A DNA stretch of 64,000 nt from contig CAYFXC010000001.1 in assembly GCA_964347045.1 (NCBI GenBank), positions 96,001 to 160,000 of the forward strand, in the 5' to 3' direction. This document shows positions 38,086-48,783 of this stretch, piece after piece; position 1 is the first letter of the stretch, and the number at the start of each line of letters is the position of its first letter. The notes under the pieces were generated by a model. The model searched no databases, was not told the origin of the DNA, and saw only the letters and a program-made list of their open reading frames with translations. The stretch is from an uncultured archaeon. Lineage in GTDB: Archaea; Asgardarchaeota; Hermodarchaeia; Hermodarchaeales; Hermodarchaeaceae. A program made the translations under genes and the position numbers.

Positions 38086-39711
38086 TTAGTCTTCAAAGTC
38101 TTCGCCGCCAGGGGGTCCGCCTGGACCACCGCCGCCTTCCATGCCTTTTGAGGCTATTACATCATCAATACGAAGAAGCATTTGTGAGACTTCGCTTGCT
38201 GATTTAACGGCTTGACGCTTGACAATTAAAGGTTCCCAAACATTAGCTTTTGCGAGATCGCCTACTTTACCCTTAAGCCCATCAACGCCGGCAGCGACCT
38301 CTGCCTTTTCATGACGCGCTTTAAGATCGGTAATGATATCAATAGGATCAAGACCTGCATTTTCAGCTAAGGTCTTGGGAATTATTTCCATCGCTTCGGC
38401 AAAAGCAATGACAGCTAATTGTTCACGACCAGGAAAACGTTCTGCATACTCTAAAAGTTGCCCGGCGACATGGATTTCAGGTGAACCGCCACCTGCAACC
38501 ACTCGTCCATCCTCAACAACGTTTCGAATTACACAAAGTGCATCGTGTAAGGCTCGTTCAGCTTCATCGACGACAAGGTCAGTGCTTCCTCGAAGAAGAA
38601 TACTAACCGCTTTCGGGTTCTTACATCCTTCAACAAAGATCATTTTGTCATCGGCAATCTTTCGTTCTTCGAGAAGTTGAGCTGTTCCTAAATCTTTCTT
38701 TGAAAGATCATCAAGGTTTGAAATTAGTTTTCCACCTGTAGCACGGGCTAGTTTCTCCATATCGCTTTCTTTAATTCTTCGAACAGCAACAATGCCTTCC
38801 TGTGCCATGAAGTGTTGAGCTACATCGTCAATGCCTTTTTGGCAAAGAACAACATTAGCACCAACTTTTTTGACCTTGGCAACCATTTCCCGCAACATTC
38901 GCTCTTCTTCATCAAGGAATGCTTGCATCTGGGATACTTCACGAATATCAATTTTAGCTGTGAACTCAGTTTTTTCCACTTCAAACGCACTTTGAATAAG
39001 AGCAATTTTGGGGTTCTGTACAACTTTGGCCATTCCAGGATGAACGATTTCCTTATCGAGTACAATCCCTTCAATGAAGACGGTGTCGCGAATCGTACCA
39101 CCTTGTTTCTTCTCAACCTTGACATTATCAATATCAGCCCGTTTAGTACCATCTATTGTATCAGTGATGCGTTGGATGGCAGTAACAGCTAAATCAGCTA
39201 AGAACTTCCGAAACTCAGATACGACCTTTGATTGCATGGACGTCATCGCGACCTTCTTGAGCATCGCATCGCTTGAATCATTCACAGCAATGGAATCTAA
39301 AACATCAAGAGCTTTCTCCGTCGCCTTTCGATATCCTTCCACAATGACTGTGGGGTGAATCTTTTGGTCAATCAGCATTTCAGCTTGTTTAAGTAATTCA
39401 CCAGCCAAAACGACAGCAGAAGTGGTTCCATCGCCCACTTCATCATCTTGGGTCTTAGCTACTTCTACAATCATCTTAGCAGCAGGATGTTCAACATCGA
39501 TTTCTTTTAGAATAGTAGCTCCATCATTAGTAATTGTAACATCACCAAAGCTATCAACCAGCATTTTATCCTGTCCTTTTGGGCCAAGGGCTGTTCGAAT
39601 AGCCTCTGCTATTGCTACGGCCGCCATTATGTTATTGTGTTGTGCATCGCGGCCACGTTCTCGCTTTGTACCTTCTTTAAGTAACAGTACGGGGGTTCCA
39701 CCGAGTGCCAT
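38086..39711 (-). CDS. ths: Thermosome (group II chaperonin) subunit
   Basis: [28 protein letters not shown]. Confidence 0.97.
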   Translation of the reverse strand: MALGGTPVLLLKEGTKRERGRDAQHNNIMAAVAIAEAIRTALGPKGQDKMLVDSFGDVTITNDGATILKEIDVEHPAAKMIVEVAKTQDDEVGDGTTSAVVLAGELLKQAEMLIDQKIHPTVIVEGYRKATEKALDVLDSIAVNDSSDAMLKKVAMTSMQSKVVSEFRKFLADLAVTAIQRITDTIDGTKRADIDNVKVEKKQGGTIRDTVFIEGIVLDKEIVHPGMAKVVQNPKIALIQSAFEVEKTEFTAKIDIREVSQMQAFLDEEERMLREMVAKVKKVGANVVLCQKGIDDVAQHFMAQEGIVAVRRIKESDMEKLARATGGKLISNLDDLSKKDLGTAQLLEERKIADDKMIFVEGCKNPKAVSILLRGSTDLVVDEAERALHDALCVIRNVVEDGRVVAGGGSPEIHVAGQLLEYAERFPGREQLAVIAFAEAMEIIPKTLAENAGLDPIDIITDLKARHEKAEVAAGVDGLKGKVGDLAKANVWEPLIVKRQAVKSASEVSQMLLRIDDVIASKGMEGGGGPGGPPGGEDFED

Positions 39712-39799
39712 GGTGGGTCACCTCTTTGAATAAAAGTAAGGATGTTGCACTTTGCGCTTCAATATAAGCATTTCTCTAGTTCTTACCGAGATTTCTATA

Positions 39800-40921
39800 T
39801 TACAACTGGAGCCGCCCACCAAGTAAACCAATATTTCCAATGTGGGGTGGTTTACCAAGTTCACGTTTGACAGCATCATAACAACGTTGAGCCTGTTTTA
39901 ATGGCGTAAAAGTCAAATCACGCATTAGATGGCGCGGATGAAATATCAAAAGACTATACTCAATGCTCGGTTGATTGAGGTCTTTAAGAAATCGAGCTAT
40001 CTGAGTCACTTCATATTCATCAATATAATGGGGAACAAGAAGGGTGGTTGCCATCAATGGAGGATAATCACGGTCGTCAAAACAAAGATTATCAGCAAGC
40101 ATTGTAAAATTATCAAAACTCGCCTTTTTTGAATTACCACAGAGGGCCTGATATACTGAATCCGAATAAGCCTTTAAATCAAATTTAATAATTCCACCAC
40201 TGTCCTCAGCTAACTTTCCCATCTTTTTTATTACGGCAGGTTTCCCTTGGCCATTCATTTCGAAACATTGTCGGAGTAACCGATTTTTAAAGCGTGTTTT
40301 ACATGCTTCCATAACACGTATTGTAAACGGTAGTTGAGGTTCTGGTGAACCACCGAAATAACACACGCAAGATATCTTCGAATTTTGTTCAATAACATAA
40401 AGAAAATCATCTAATTCTACTGAACTTCCTTGATCAATTTTTTTATGGGATACATTTTGGCAAAACAAACAATCCAGACTACATCCATAGAAAAAGACTG
40501 CAAGATTTGAATAACCATATTCTGCCCGTGGTTTCTTTGCCCATTTAGGATAACCTATTCCCGTTCCACCAGGACAGAAATATGATCCGCAACAATTTGT
40601 AATATGAGGGTCCAAATAATAGTGCATTAGTGCCCTAGTGGCCGAGACTTTTTGTTCAAAACGCCCTTTTTGATTACTTCGTAACCCACAGTAACCAAGA
40701 GCTCCAGGAGGAATTCGACATTGATTTGCACAGATCTTACATCGAATCCCGTTTTTCATTTGAGGAATAGTTTCTGGTAATTCAAATAGATAAGAACGCC
40801 ATTTATGGGCGTTCTGGACAATTTCTTTAATCTCATCAGGCGCGGATCGTATGCAAGATGCACATACAGGGAGAACTTCCGCTAAACCTGTTTTCTGCTG
40901 GCAAATAACACAACGGGTCAT
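39800..40921 (-). CDS. Radical SAM protein (AmrS/PFL-activase-like)
   Basis: CKICANQC...GYCGLR N-terminus; CSLDCLFCQN; GGSPEP; KFDLKA. Confidence 0.85.
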   Translation of the reverse strand: MTRCVICQQKTGLAEVLPVCASCIRSAPDEIKEIVQNAHKWRSYLFELPETIPQMKNGIRCKICANQCRIPPGALGYCGLRSNQKGRFEQKVSATRALMHYYLDPHITNCCGSYFCPGGTGIGYPKWAKKPRAEYGYSNLAVFFYGCSLDCLFCQNVSHKKIDQGSSVELDDFLYVIEQNSKISCVCYFGGSPEPQLPFTIRVMEACKTRFKNRLLRQCFEMNGQGKPAVIKKMGKLAEDSGGIIKFDLKAYSDSVYQALCGNSKKASFDNFTMLADNLCFDDRDYPPLMATTLLVPHYIDEYEVTQIARFLKDLNQPSIEYSLLIFHPRHLMRDLTFTPLKQAQRCYDAVKRELGKPPHIGNIGLLGGRLQL

Positions 40922-41028
40922 CGTCCTTTCAGATATAGAGCCAAAAGGCAAAAGGGTTCCGTTGGTGTTGTCTAGTGGTGTAAGTATCTTTTTGTCTGAT
41001 TACGTACCTAAAATATTGGCGAGAACAA

Positions 41029-42804
41029 TTGCTGTATCGTGAGCTTTGTCTGTATTACAATCAGCTAGAAAACACCACCAAACGGCTAGAAATGATTGAC
41101 ATCCTAGCCAGCCTTCTAACGAAACTAGCTGACACGGTTAGCGCAGAAACTTTAGGACGAGTTGTTTATTTAACACAAGGTAAACTCTATCCCGATTGGA
41201 CAGGACTACCCGAAATTGGGATAGCAGAAAAAATGGCTATTAATGCAATTGCAATAGCCTTGGGGATAAGCAATAAACAGGTAATTAAAACTGTTAACGC
41301 AACCGGAGATATCGGAATCGCTTGTGAGCAATTGTTAAAAGCAAAACAGCAAACCGCGCTTTTCCAAAGACCTCTCTCTATCCAACATGTCTATGAATCC
41401 TTGGTTAAAATCGCATCAGCAAAAGGTTCAGGAAGTGCTGATTTTAAAATCCGCACCTTAGCAGGCTTAATTAATGCTGCTGTCCCTCTTGAAGCACGAT
41501 ATTTACTTCGAACCGTTACCGGGAGTTTAAGACTAGGTATTGCAGAAATGACTGTCATCGACGCGCTTGCTTTAGCTTTTGCTGGTGGAAAACAATACCG
41601 GGACACAATAGAGCGTGCCTATAACATATCAAGTGATTTGGGATATATCGCAGGGCTTATCGCATACGAGGGGTTTCAAAGTATAGAGAATGTAAAAGTT
41701 ACAGTGGGAAAACCAATTCGCATGATGGCGGCTCAAAAACTTTCGACCCCAGATGAAATCATTGAAAAATTGGAAGGTAAACTTGCAAGTGAATGGAAGA
41801 TCGATGGAGAGCGAATGCAGATTCATAAAGACCATGAAAAAGTAATAATATTTTCTCGACGGCTCGAACAAATTACATCTATGTATCCGGATATTGTTCG
41901 CATCGCAAAAACGAAACTAAAAGCGGAACAGTGTATTGTGGAAGGTGAGGCAGTAGCAGTCGATAAGAAAGACCCTCAGAAACTATTACCCTTCCAAGTT
42001 CTTATGCGGCGGCGACGAAAATATAAAATCGATGAAATGGTCAAACAAATTCCAATTGCAATATTCTTTTTTGACTGTTTATTTGAAAACGGCAATGACC
42101 TCACCCAGCAACCATATCTGCTTCGTCGAAACCAACTTGAGCAAATTGTTACCCCAAGTGAGAATGCACGTCTGGTTCCTGCACAAAGACACTCTACCAC
42201 CTCTGAAATCAATTCCATGTTTCGCGAATCAATTGATCATGGTGGGGAAGGTCTAATCGTGAAATCCACAAGTTCAGATTCAATATATCGTGCAGGAGCT
42301 CGGAGTTGGCTTTGGGTGAAACTCAAAGAATCATATCAAGCTCAGGCAATAGGACCTATTGACCTTGTAGTTGTTGGAGCCTTCTGGGGTAGGGGTCGCC
42401 GTGCAAAGACTTATGGCGCCCTTCTGGCTGCTGTACGCGATGAGGAAAGTGGTGAATTCAAAACCGTGTGCAAGGTAGGATCTGGTTTCAGTGATGAAGA
42501 ACTAGAACAATTACCCAAACGACTTGAACCACACTTACTTGGACACAAGGATGCATTAGTTGATTCAAAAATGAAAGCTGACGTGTGGTTCAAACCAGCT
42601 TTAGTGTTTCAGGTAGTTGGTGATGAAATAACACGAAGCCCAATACACACCTGTGCTTTTAACCAAGTTGCCCCAAATGAAGGATTAGCTATCCGCTTTC
42701 CTCGATTTGATGGCACTTGGCGAGACGACAAATCTCCTGAAGAGGCGACATCTACTGAGGATATCATCACAGCTTATGAGGCTCAGAAAAAAATCACAAA
42801 ATAA
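41029..42804 (+). CDS. lig: ATP-dependent DNA ligase
   Basis: EWKIDGERMQIH, EGE, FDCL, EGLIVK, WVKLK, IRFPRF. Confidence 0.97.
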   Translation: MLYRELCLYYNQLENTTKRLEMIDILASLLTKLADTVSAETLGRVVYLTQGKLYPDWTGLPEIGIAEKMAINAIAIALGISNKQVIKTVNATGDIGIACEQLLKAKQQTALFQRPLSIQHVYESLVKIASAKGSGSADFKIRTLAGLINAAVPLEARYLLRTVTGSLRLGIAEMTVIDALALAFAGGKQYRDTIERAYNISSDLGYIAGLIAYEGFQSIENVKVTVGKPIRMMAAQKLSTPDEIIEKLEGKLASEWKIDGERMQIHKDHEKVIIFSRRLEQITSMYPDIVRIAKTKLKAEQCIVEGEAVAVDKKDPQKLLPFQVLMRRRRKYKIDEMVKQIPIAIFFFDCLFENGNDLTQQPYLLRRNQLEQIVTPSENARLVPAQRHSTTSEINSMFRESIDHGGEGLIVKSTSSDSIYRAGARSWLWVKLKESYQAQAIGPIDLVVVGAFWGRGRRAKTYGALLAAVRDEESGEFKTVCKVGSGFSDEELEQLPKRLEPHLLGHKDALVDSKMKADVWFKPALVFQVVGDEITRSPIHTCAFNQVAPNEGLAIRFPRFDGTWRDDKSPEEATSTEDIITAYEAQKKITK

Positions 42805-42811
42805 GCAGTAA

Positions 42812-43090
42812 TCACCTTAATGCAGCTAATACTGACTGTGAATCCATTCCCTCAATGAGCAGAATCTTTGTTGATTTTTTTTCACCTGAAATGATTCGAA
42901 TACAATGACGTGGAATTCTTAGCTTATTTGCTATGAGTTTTATAACTTCGATGTTTGCTTGACTACGCGTTGGTGCTGCTTTTACATAAACACTGCAAAC
43001 ACTTTCTCCTTCAAGTAAAATTGCCTGCTTTTTCGAACGCGGCTTCACACGAATTCTTAGTAAGGTTCCCTTATTATGCGACTCTAACAT
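42812..43090 (-). CDS. DUF167/YggU (UPF0235) family protein
   Basis: IRVKPRS, VKAAP...ANIE, IISGEKKSTK. Confidence 0.85.
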   Translation of the reverse strand: MLESHNKGTLLRIRVKPRSKKQAILLEGESVCSVYVKAAPTRSQANIEVIKLIANKLRIPRHCIRIISGEKKSTKILLIEGMDSQSVLAALR

Positions 43091-43179
43091 AGCTATCTGC
43101 CAGAACCTTTTAGTAAGCGATTTCAAAAATGTCTTATTAAACCATCTGTAATCTGGCAGTGAGAGGTGTAGGCACAAAA

Positions 43180-43551
43180 ATGTCTGATAATATTCAAGCA
43201 TGGGTCAACTACATGCAACAAGTCGATAATACAATAATGGCTGTTTCTGTTGTTAGAAGTGATGGAACTGTGCTTTTCACGACACCAAACTGGACGGTCC
43301 CGGGGGCTGAAATCCTTTCAGCCATTCAGAGCAAACCTCCTAGTATAACGATTCAAGGGGTGAAGTATAGCACTATCCAAGCCACTGATCATCACCTAGT
43401 AGCCACTAATGTTCGTGGTCAAGGATCAATTGTTATCACTGCCGCGCGTGACAAGGGCTATGTTATAGCTTATGTTTCTCCTCAAGGCGATGTACAAGGC
43501 GCTTACATCGAAATTGCAAAAGCATCAGCCAATATCGGAGGATTCATGTGA
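43180..43551 (+). CDS. Profilin (Asgard-type)
   Basis: 123 aa; N-terminal helix with Trp, VSVVRSDG...NW, SITIQGVKYS, LVATNVRGQGSIV. Confidence 0.8.
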   Translation: MSDNIQAWVNYMQQVDNTIMAVSVVRSDGTVLFTTPNWTVPGAEILSAIQSKPPSITIQGVKYSTIQATDHHLVATNVRGQGSIVITAARDKGYVIAYVSPQGDVQGAYIEIAKASANIGGFM

Positions 43552-43617
43552 TAACCCCCTCAACTTTCTCTGTATATCCACTTAAAATCACAGGACAATT
43601 AACACTATGTACGGGGA

Positions 43618-44064
43618 GTGTGTATTTCCATCAATCCGTCTTCGCGTTCAAAAAAACCTTCTCCAAAACCGCAAGGAAACGATGAAACACAAAATGAACA
43701 ATGGATGCTAGATCTTCGGCGAAAACGAGATCTTCAGATAACGGGCAAGCCGAAACCTACGCAAAATCGAAACCTCGAAGGGTTGAAACAGATTCTTCTC
43801 TCCGAAGGCTTCAAAATTCGTGGTAATCGAATGGTCATCCAACGAGAAGAGGCAACCTTCGAAGTCGATTTAAAAATGGGGCACGTATACGCTTTGAAAG
43901 AAGGCAAAGAGCCTCTTGTTCTATGTGTTACACTTGAATCAACTCCTTGGGCTAATATTGATGATCTCTCAGATTTTGATTTGTTCATTCTTTCAGTTAT
44001 CTACCTTCTAGCCCGTGAGCCTTTACCTCAAAGCATCACTGGACAAATTACCAACGAATCTTGA
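43618..44064 (+). CDS. Hypothetical protein resembling the C-terminal domain of DUF4132-type proteins
   Basis: FEVDLKMGHV...LCV...ILSVIYLLA...QI pattern. Confidence 0.5.
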   Translation: MCISINPSSRSKKPSPKPQGNDETQNEQWMLDLRRKRDLQITGKPKPTQNRNLEGLKQILLSEGFKIRGNRMVIQREEATFEVDLKMGHVYALKEGKEPLVLCVTLESTPWANIDDLSDFDLFILSVIYLLAREPLPQSITGQITNES

Positions 44065-44175
44065 GCGTCTGTTTTTAATAGGTACTATATACTTTTCATC
44101 CAAAAAAAGCAAGAAACGCGGAAACACTTATAGCCATGAAATATTGAATCGGCAATCCCCGTGGAGGGATACTTT

Positions 44176-45180
44176 ATGGCTGTAAAAGTTGCCATCAATG
44201 GTCTTGGCCGAATCGGTCGAAACTTCCTTCGTGGAGTCATCCACGCCAAAGACGTTGAACTCGTTGCTGCCAACGATTTAGGCGATTCTCAAATTTTGTC
44301 CCATCTCTTGCGTTATGACTCAATATATGGACGATACAACGGTTCAATCGAAACTGCCAAAGAAGAACTAATCGTCGATAATCACTCGATTAAACTATTC
44401 CAAGAACGAGATCCTTCGAAGCTCCCATGGAAACAATTGGGTATTGATATCGCTATCGAAGCCACTGGTGTTTTTCGGGATCGCGACAAAGCCGCTTTAC
44501 ACCTTCAAGCGGGTGCACAAAAAGTCATCATCTCAGCACCTGGAAAAGGCGAGGATGCTATGTTTGTCCTAGGGGTCAATGACAATACCTATGATCCAAC
44601 CAAACACCATATCATCTCAAATGCGTCCTGTACAACAAACTGTTTCGCTCCAATTATCAAAGTTCTACTCGAAAATTTTGGGATTAAGCATGGCTTCATG
44701 TCAACCATCCACGGTTACACATTAGGCCAAAATCTTCTTGATGCTATCCACAAGGATTATAGACGCGCTCGTGCCGCCGCCCTAAACATCATTCCCACTA
44801 CTACTGGAGCAGCGAATGCGATAATTCGTCTCTTTCCACAACTCAAAGGCAAAATGGCTGCCATGTCCTATCGTATACCAGTTCCCGACGGCTCAATAAT
44901 TGATCTTAGCGTTGAACTTGAAAAATCAACTACAAAAGATGAAATAAACCAGATTTTCCGTAAAGCTGCCAATACCCACCTTAAAGGAATTCTACAATAT
45001 AATGAAGACCCAATCGTATCAACCGACATCATTGGAAATACTCATTCTTCAATTTTTGATAGTGATCTTACGGCGATTCTTGACAACAACTTCGCCCATG
45101 TTGTTTCTTGGTATGATAACGAAGCGGGATTCAGTACACGATTAATTGAGCTAACTCAACTGGTAGCCTCTAAATTATAA
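44176..45180 (+). CDS. gap: Type I (bacterial-type) glyceraldehyde-3-phosphate dehydrogenase
   Basis: AINGLGRIGR, SNASCTTNC, NIIPTTTGAA, SWYDNE. Confidence 0.96.
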   Translation: MAVKVAINGLGRIGRNFLRGVIHAKDVELVAANDLGDSQILSHLLRYDSIYGRYNGSIETAKEELIVDNHSIKLFQERDPSKLPWKQLGIDIAIEATGVFRDRDKAALHLQAGAQKVIISAPGKGEDAMFVLGVNDNTYDPTKHHIISNASCTTNCFAPIIKVLLENFGIKHGFMSTIHGYTLGQNLLDAIHKDYRRARAAALNIIPTTTGAANAIIRLFPQLKGKMAAMSYRIPVPDGSIIDLSVELEKSTTKDEINQIFRKAANTHLKGILQYNEDPIVSTDIIGNTHSSIFDSDLTAILDNNFAHVVSWYDNEAGFSTRLIELTQLVASKL

Positions 45181-45194
45181 GAAAGAAAAAGAAC

Positions 45195-45223
45195 CATGGG
45201 GTCTACGTAATGTAGTCCCCATG
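45195..45223. terminator. Stem-loop between convergent genes, with U-rich tail on the minus strand
   Basis: CATGGGGTCTAC-GTAAT-GTAGTCCCCATG inverted repeat preceded by GAAAGAAAAAGAA. Confidence 0.55.
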
Positions 45224-45241
45224 ATGCTACTAGGAGCTTCG

Positions 45242-45619
45242 TTACTCTGTATTGGGTTCAGAGAGAAGCTGGATAAGGAGTTGCCCGCCAAATGAAAGAC
45301 AGACTGTGTTTCTTCCATTTTTTGTTGAGCTTTTCTTTAGCAGACCGGCTTTTTTGAGAACATTCAAGTTAAATTTGGTTGTACTGAGCGGCAGCTGCCA
45401 TTTGCGTGCTAAATAGTCTGCAAGAGCGGTCGGAGAGAGGTTCGGATGATAACGAAGCGCTTGCTGTGTCGCAAATAACAGGAATCGTTGCTTATCAGTT
45501 AGCCGTGTCTTGGCAAGCTGAGCGAAAGTCGAAGCTAGATGCTGTAAAAAATGCTCTTGAAGCTGCGTTAAACTCAAATCATCAAAGAAGCTGTCTTTCA
45601 TGGAGGATTTCGCAGCCAA
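45242..45619 (-). CDS. Winged-helix transcriptional regulator (ArsR-like)
   Basis: PTALADYLARKWQLPLSTTKFNLNVLKKAGLL...LSFGG. Confidence 0.7.
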   Translation of the reverse strand: MAAKSSMKDSFFDDLSLTQLQEHFLQHLASTFAQLAKTRLTDKQRFLLFATQQALRYHPNLSPTALADYLARKWQLPLSTTKFNLNVLKKAGLLKKSSTKNGRNTVCLSFGGQLLIQLLSEPNTE

Positions 45620-45778
45620 CCCCGTCTTGACTAGTTGTCATGCATAACACCTCCAAACTCATAAGGATTCGAGTGAAATCCAAGAGGGATTTACTGCGTA
45701 TAAAGTTTTGGTCAAGAAAAATTGTTGGATTTACTTGCGTTTGACTTACTGAACCTCATTTAGTTTGAAATTAAATGG

Positions 45779-47293
45779 TTAATTCCATTCTTGTGGAACT
45801 CTATACTCAAAGCGGGGAATTCGTTCCGAGTCCGATAGCATCTTCAACATTTCTCTTCCATTCACCAAGTCGTAGGGAGTGACAATTCCACCAATTTGTA
45901 AAACACTGCCAATTCTTCGATTTGCACCTGTTAAATCTTCCAAATCACGGAACAATGCAGATTTATTACCTGCCGTTGAACCTGATGGAACACCAAGAAG
46001 TGCAAGGGTTAGAAGAACGGTTGGCCAACCTGTTAGATGTTGCATCGCTGTAAAAGCCTGAGACTCTTCAACTTCAGAATCATCGTGGAGCGCAAGGATT
46101 TCAACTTTAGCGGGCTGGTCTATTGCTGCTGATTGAACCCAAACTCTAAGTAATGCCATATCAGGAAATCCAGCCACTTCGGGGTCATTTATTCTAGCTT
46201 TCCACTTTTGGAGTAAATTTTCAAGGGTTTCTTCCTTTTTCAATCGACTCCAAGTTTGATAATGTGGAATAAATCGTAAGGTTTTATATTCCAAGTTTTT
46301 CACTTTAGAGCGGTAAAGGTCATCAAAGCACATTCGCGAGGTTCCATCGGCGGTTGGTCTTGCTTGAAATCCCTTTAAGTAGAAATTTCCCTTGGATTCT
46401 TCAATGAACTTTTCCTGTACACGATTCTTGAGAATACTTTGAATCTCAACTGATTTCACAAGAAATGGCATCACACCAAATGGAATTGGAGCGAGATCAG
46501 AATCCTCCCAGAATTCTTTTTGGGAAAATGTAGTCGGTGTTATTAGAACTCCATCTCGAATTCCATATGCAACATTTTCATATTCGTATAAAAGACCTTC
46601 AACTGAAAATGTTGGACCATAATGGAGGTTTCCGCCCTTTGTAGTATGTTGGGGTAGCCCTCCTACTCGCATTTGAAGAGAATGTATCATTTCATTTGGG
46701 GTAGCTTTAACAGCTAGCTCATACAAACTTGCGGCAATGATATTAGCTAATCCTGGTGCAAGACCACTTTCGTGAACAATTCGCGAACCACTTTCTTGTT
46801 TTATAATTAATGATTCCATAACACGCTGTTCTTTGACTGATGAAACTCCTTGTCCAAGATCGATATAATCAATACCTAACTCGATCGCCAAAGGGACGTA
46901 GATCTTATGAGCAAAATACGTAGCTGTATTTATTATGATACGAGGCTGCAGTTTGCTTATTGGTCCTCTCATGATTGAGATAATTTTTCTTACTCGCTCT
47001 GGTTGCACTTGAACCTCTTTCATGATTTTTGTCAATTTGGAATAATTGACTGAAGATTCAATTGTGCGGAGCCTTTGAATTTTGGCATTGGTAAAACCAT
47101 TTTCAAGCTCTTGTACACACCTTTGTTCTGCAACTTTATTAGGATCATAAACCCAAAGTTCAAATTGTTCATTTTGCCGTTTTTGCTCTAGGCGAAGCAT
47201 TCGACTGATTCCGCGCCCCATTTGTCCACAGCCGATTATTAGAACACGTGGTTGTGCCATTTTAGACAACTTCATTTTCTGGTTTAATTTCAT
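45779..47293 (-). CDS. Saccharopine dehydrogenase family protein
   Basis: IIGCGQMG, YIDLG, GLAPGL, VGGLPQ, FSVEGL..EY, LEYKTLR, TAM. Confidence 0.8.
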   Translation of the reverse strand: MKLNQKMKLSKMAQPRVLIIGCGQMGRGISRMLRLEQKRQNEQFELWVYDPNKVAEQRCVQELENGFTNAKIQRLRTIESSVNYSKLTKIMKEVQVQPERVRKIISIMRGPISKLQPRIIINTATYFAHKIYVPLAIELGIDYIDLGQGVSSVKEQRVMESLIIKQESGSRIVHESGLAPGLANIIAASLYELAVKATPNEMIHSLQMRVGGLPQHTTKGGNLHYGPTFSVEGLLYEYENVAYGIRDGVLITPTTFSQKEFWEDSDLAPIPFGVMPFLVKSVEIQSILKNRVQEKFIEESKGNFYLKGFQARPTADGTSRMCFDDLYRSKVKNLEYKTLRFIPHYQTWSRLKKEETLENLLQKWKARINDPEVAGFPDMALLRVWVQSAAIDQPAKVEILALHDDSEVEESQAFTAMQHLTGWPTVLLTLALLGVPSGSTAGNKSALFRDLEDLTGANRRIGSVLQIGGIVTPYDLVNGREMLKMLSDSERIPRFEYRVPQEWN

Positions 47294-47432
47294 TTCTATA
47301 AAAAATACAAATTAGTATTACTTTGGTCAAAAAAATTGCCCATTTTGTTCATTTTGAAGATTAACAACAGATATTCTAACTCATACGAATACAATGTTTA
47401 TTGTAAAATCTGGAAAAAGGTATTATGACAAT

Positions 47433-47590
47433 TTAGCTATTAGATACAGAACTGATAGGGACCCGAGTTTTGCCTAGGTTGGTGATTACCGTTTCTAGTT
47501 TCTTGAAAGCAATCTTCCAAGCTTTCTCAAAATAGTTTCTGGCTTCATTCCATGCTTCAGAACCCCTATCCAAATGAATAATGTCGTAAG
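47433..47590 (-). pseudogene. Possible remnant of an SRPBCC/AHSA1-like C-terminus
   Basis: IIHLDRGSEAWNEARNYFEKAWKIAFKKLE resembles the SRPBCC C-terminal helix; no intact gene. Confidence 0.3.
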
Positions 47591-47753
47591 AATAGTAATA
47601 AACAAGCCCCAGAGAAGAAACAGCAGAATCGGTAAAAACCAAGTTGCAGCTAATTTTTCGTTGAGTTCAAGCAATAGAATCAATCGAAATCCGACTAGTA
47701 AGATATTATCTAATAAAAAAGGAATGAAAAAAGATTCCTAAAAAGAGTGAATT

Positions 47754-48317
47754 TTAGGATTCTTCTTTCTTATCTTTTAGCATCACCCAGCCTAAGTATA
47801 CTAGTCCGCCAATGCAAACAGGTAATAAGGCCCACAGAAATGCTGCTATCCATGTGAATATCCAATCATTGAGTGGCCATGTTTGAAAGGTAAGGTTCCA
47901 CCGACCAGTAAACCACACAATGACTAGCCATATCAATGAAACGAAACCCGAAAAACCACCGCTGCCACCAGTTTCTGCACCGCGTCGCGGCCCTTCGTAT
48001 TCTTTTCGTTCTTCTTCTGGAAGTTTTCTATACCATAGAAAAATTGTTATCACGGCTATCGGAATTGCCCAACTTGCCACAAAGGCAAGTTCCCATATTA
48101 TCACAGTTATACAAAATATGAATACAATACCAACGGTCCATAATCCAAGTGTCACCGGCACAAAACCTAGTATTTGTGCATCTACTGCTACCTTGAGAAA
48201 TACCAAAAATGCCACAATTATGGCTACCACGAGATAAACAGCCATCACTATCGTCATTTTCCAATGTCTTTGTAGAAACTTTTTCATTCGCGCTTCGCTT
48301 TGTTCATCAGTTTCCAT
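47754..48317 (-). CDS. Hypothetical multi-pass membrane protein
   Basis: Four to five hydrophobic, Trp-rich segments. Confidence 0.7.
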   Translation of the reverse strand: METDEQSEARMKKFLQRHWKMTIVMAVYLVVAIIVAFLVFLKVAVDAQILGFVPVTLGLWTVGIVFIFCITVIIWELAFVASWAIPIAVITIFLWYRKLPEEERKEYEGPRRGAETGGSGGFSGFVSLIWLVIVWFTGRWNLTFQTWPLNDWIFTWIAAFLWALLPVCIGGLVYLGWVMLKDKKEES

Positions 48318-48495
48318 AACTTCAGGCTCCTAAAATTGATTAGGTCTGATTACATTCATTGTCTCTTTACTTAAAATTAATCATATTTATAAGAAAAACA
48401 CTTCATCAGGATTTCTTTTTACTCAACTCCGCTTCAGTAGTAGCTGATAATCCTTTTATTCGAATTTCTTTGAAAACTCTATAGGTGAATTGCTC

Positions 48496-48669
48496 TTGAA
48501 AGATTTCGACTTTGAATATGTTTGTGTACAAGTAAACCATCATAGGAACATTGCTAAGACAATATCCGAATATCAGAAAGAAGGATGGAGGCTTCATACC
48601 TATCAAGCAACAGGCGATCCAAACTGGGTCAACCATTACCTACTTTTCCAACGAGAAATATCTTGGTAA
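48496..48669 (+). CDS. Small DUF4177-like protein (not in ORF track)
   Basis: TTG start after AGGTGA; MKDFDFEYVCVQVNHHRNIAKTISEYQKEGWRLHTYQATGDPNWVNHYLLFQREISW (FEY...EGWRL...LFQR). Confidence 0.6.
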   Translation: MKDFDFEYVCVQVNHHRNIAKTISEYQKEGWRLHTYQATGDPNWVNHYLLFQREISW

Positions 48670-48783
48670 GGTAAAAAAGGGTGAATTGCTTTCCTACACT
48701 TCACCTTCGGTATTGTCACAAAACGTTATTATAACGGATGGAAGCGTTATGGAATTTGATATCATCACTGGGGACGACGATTA

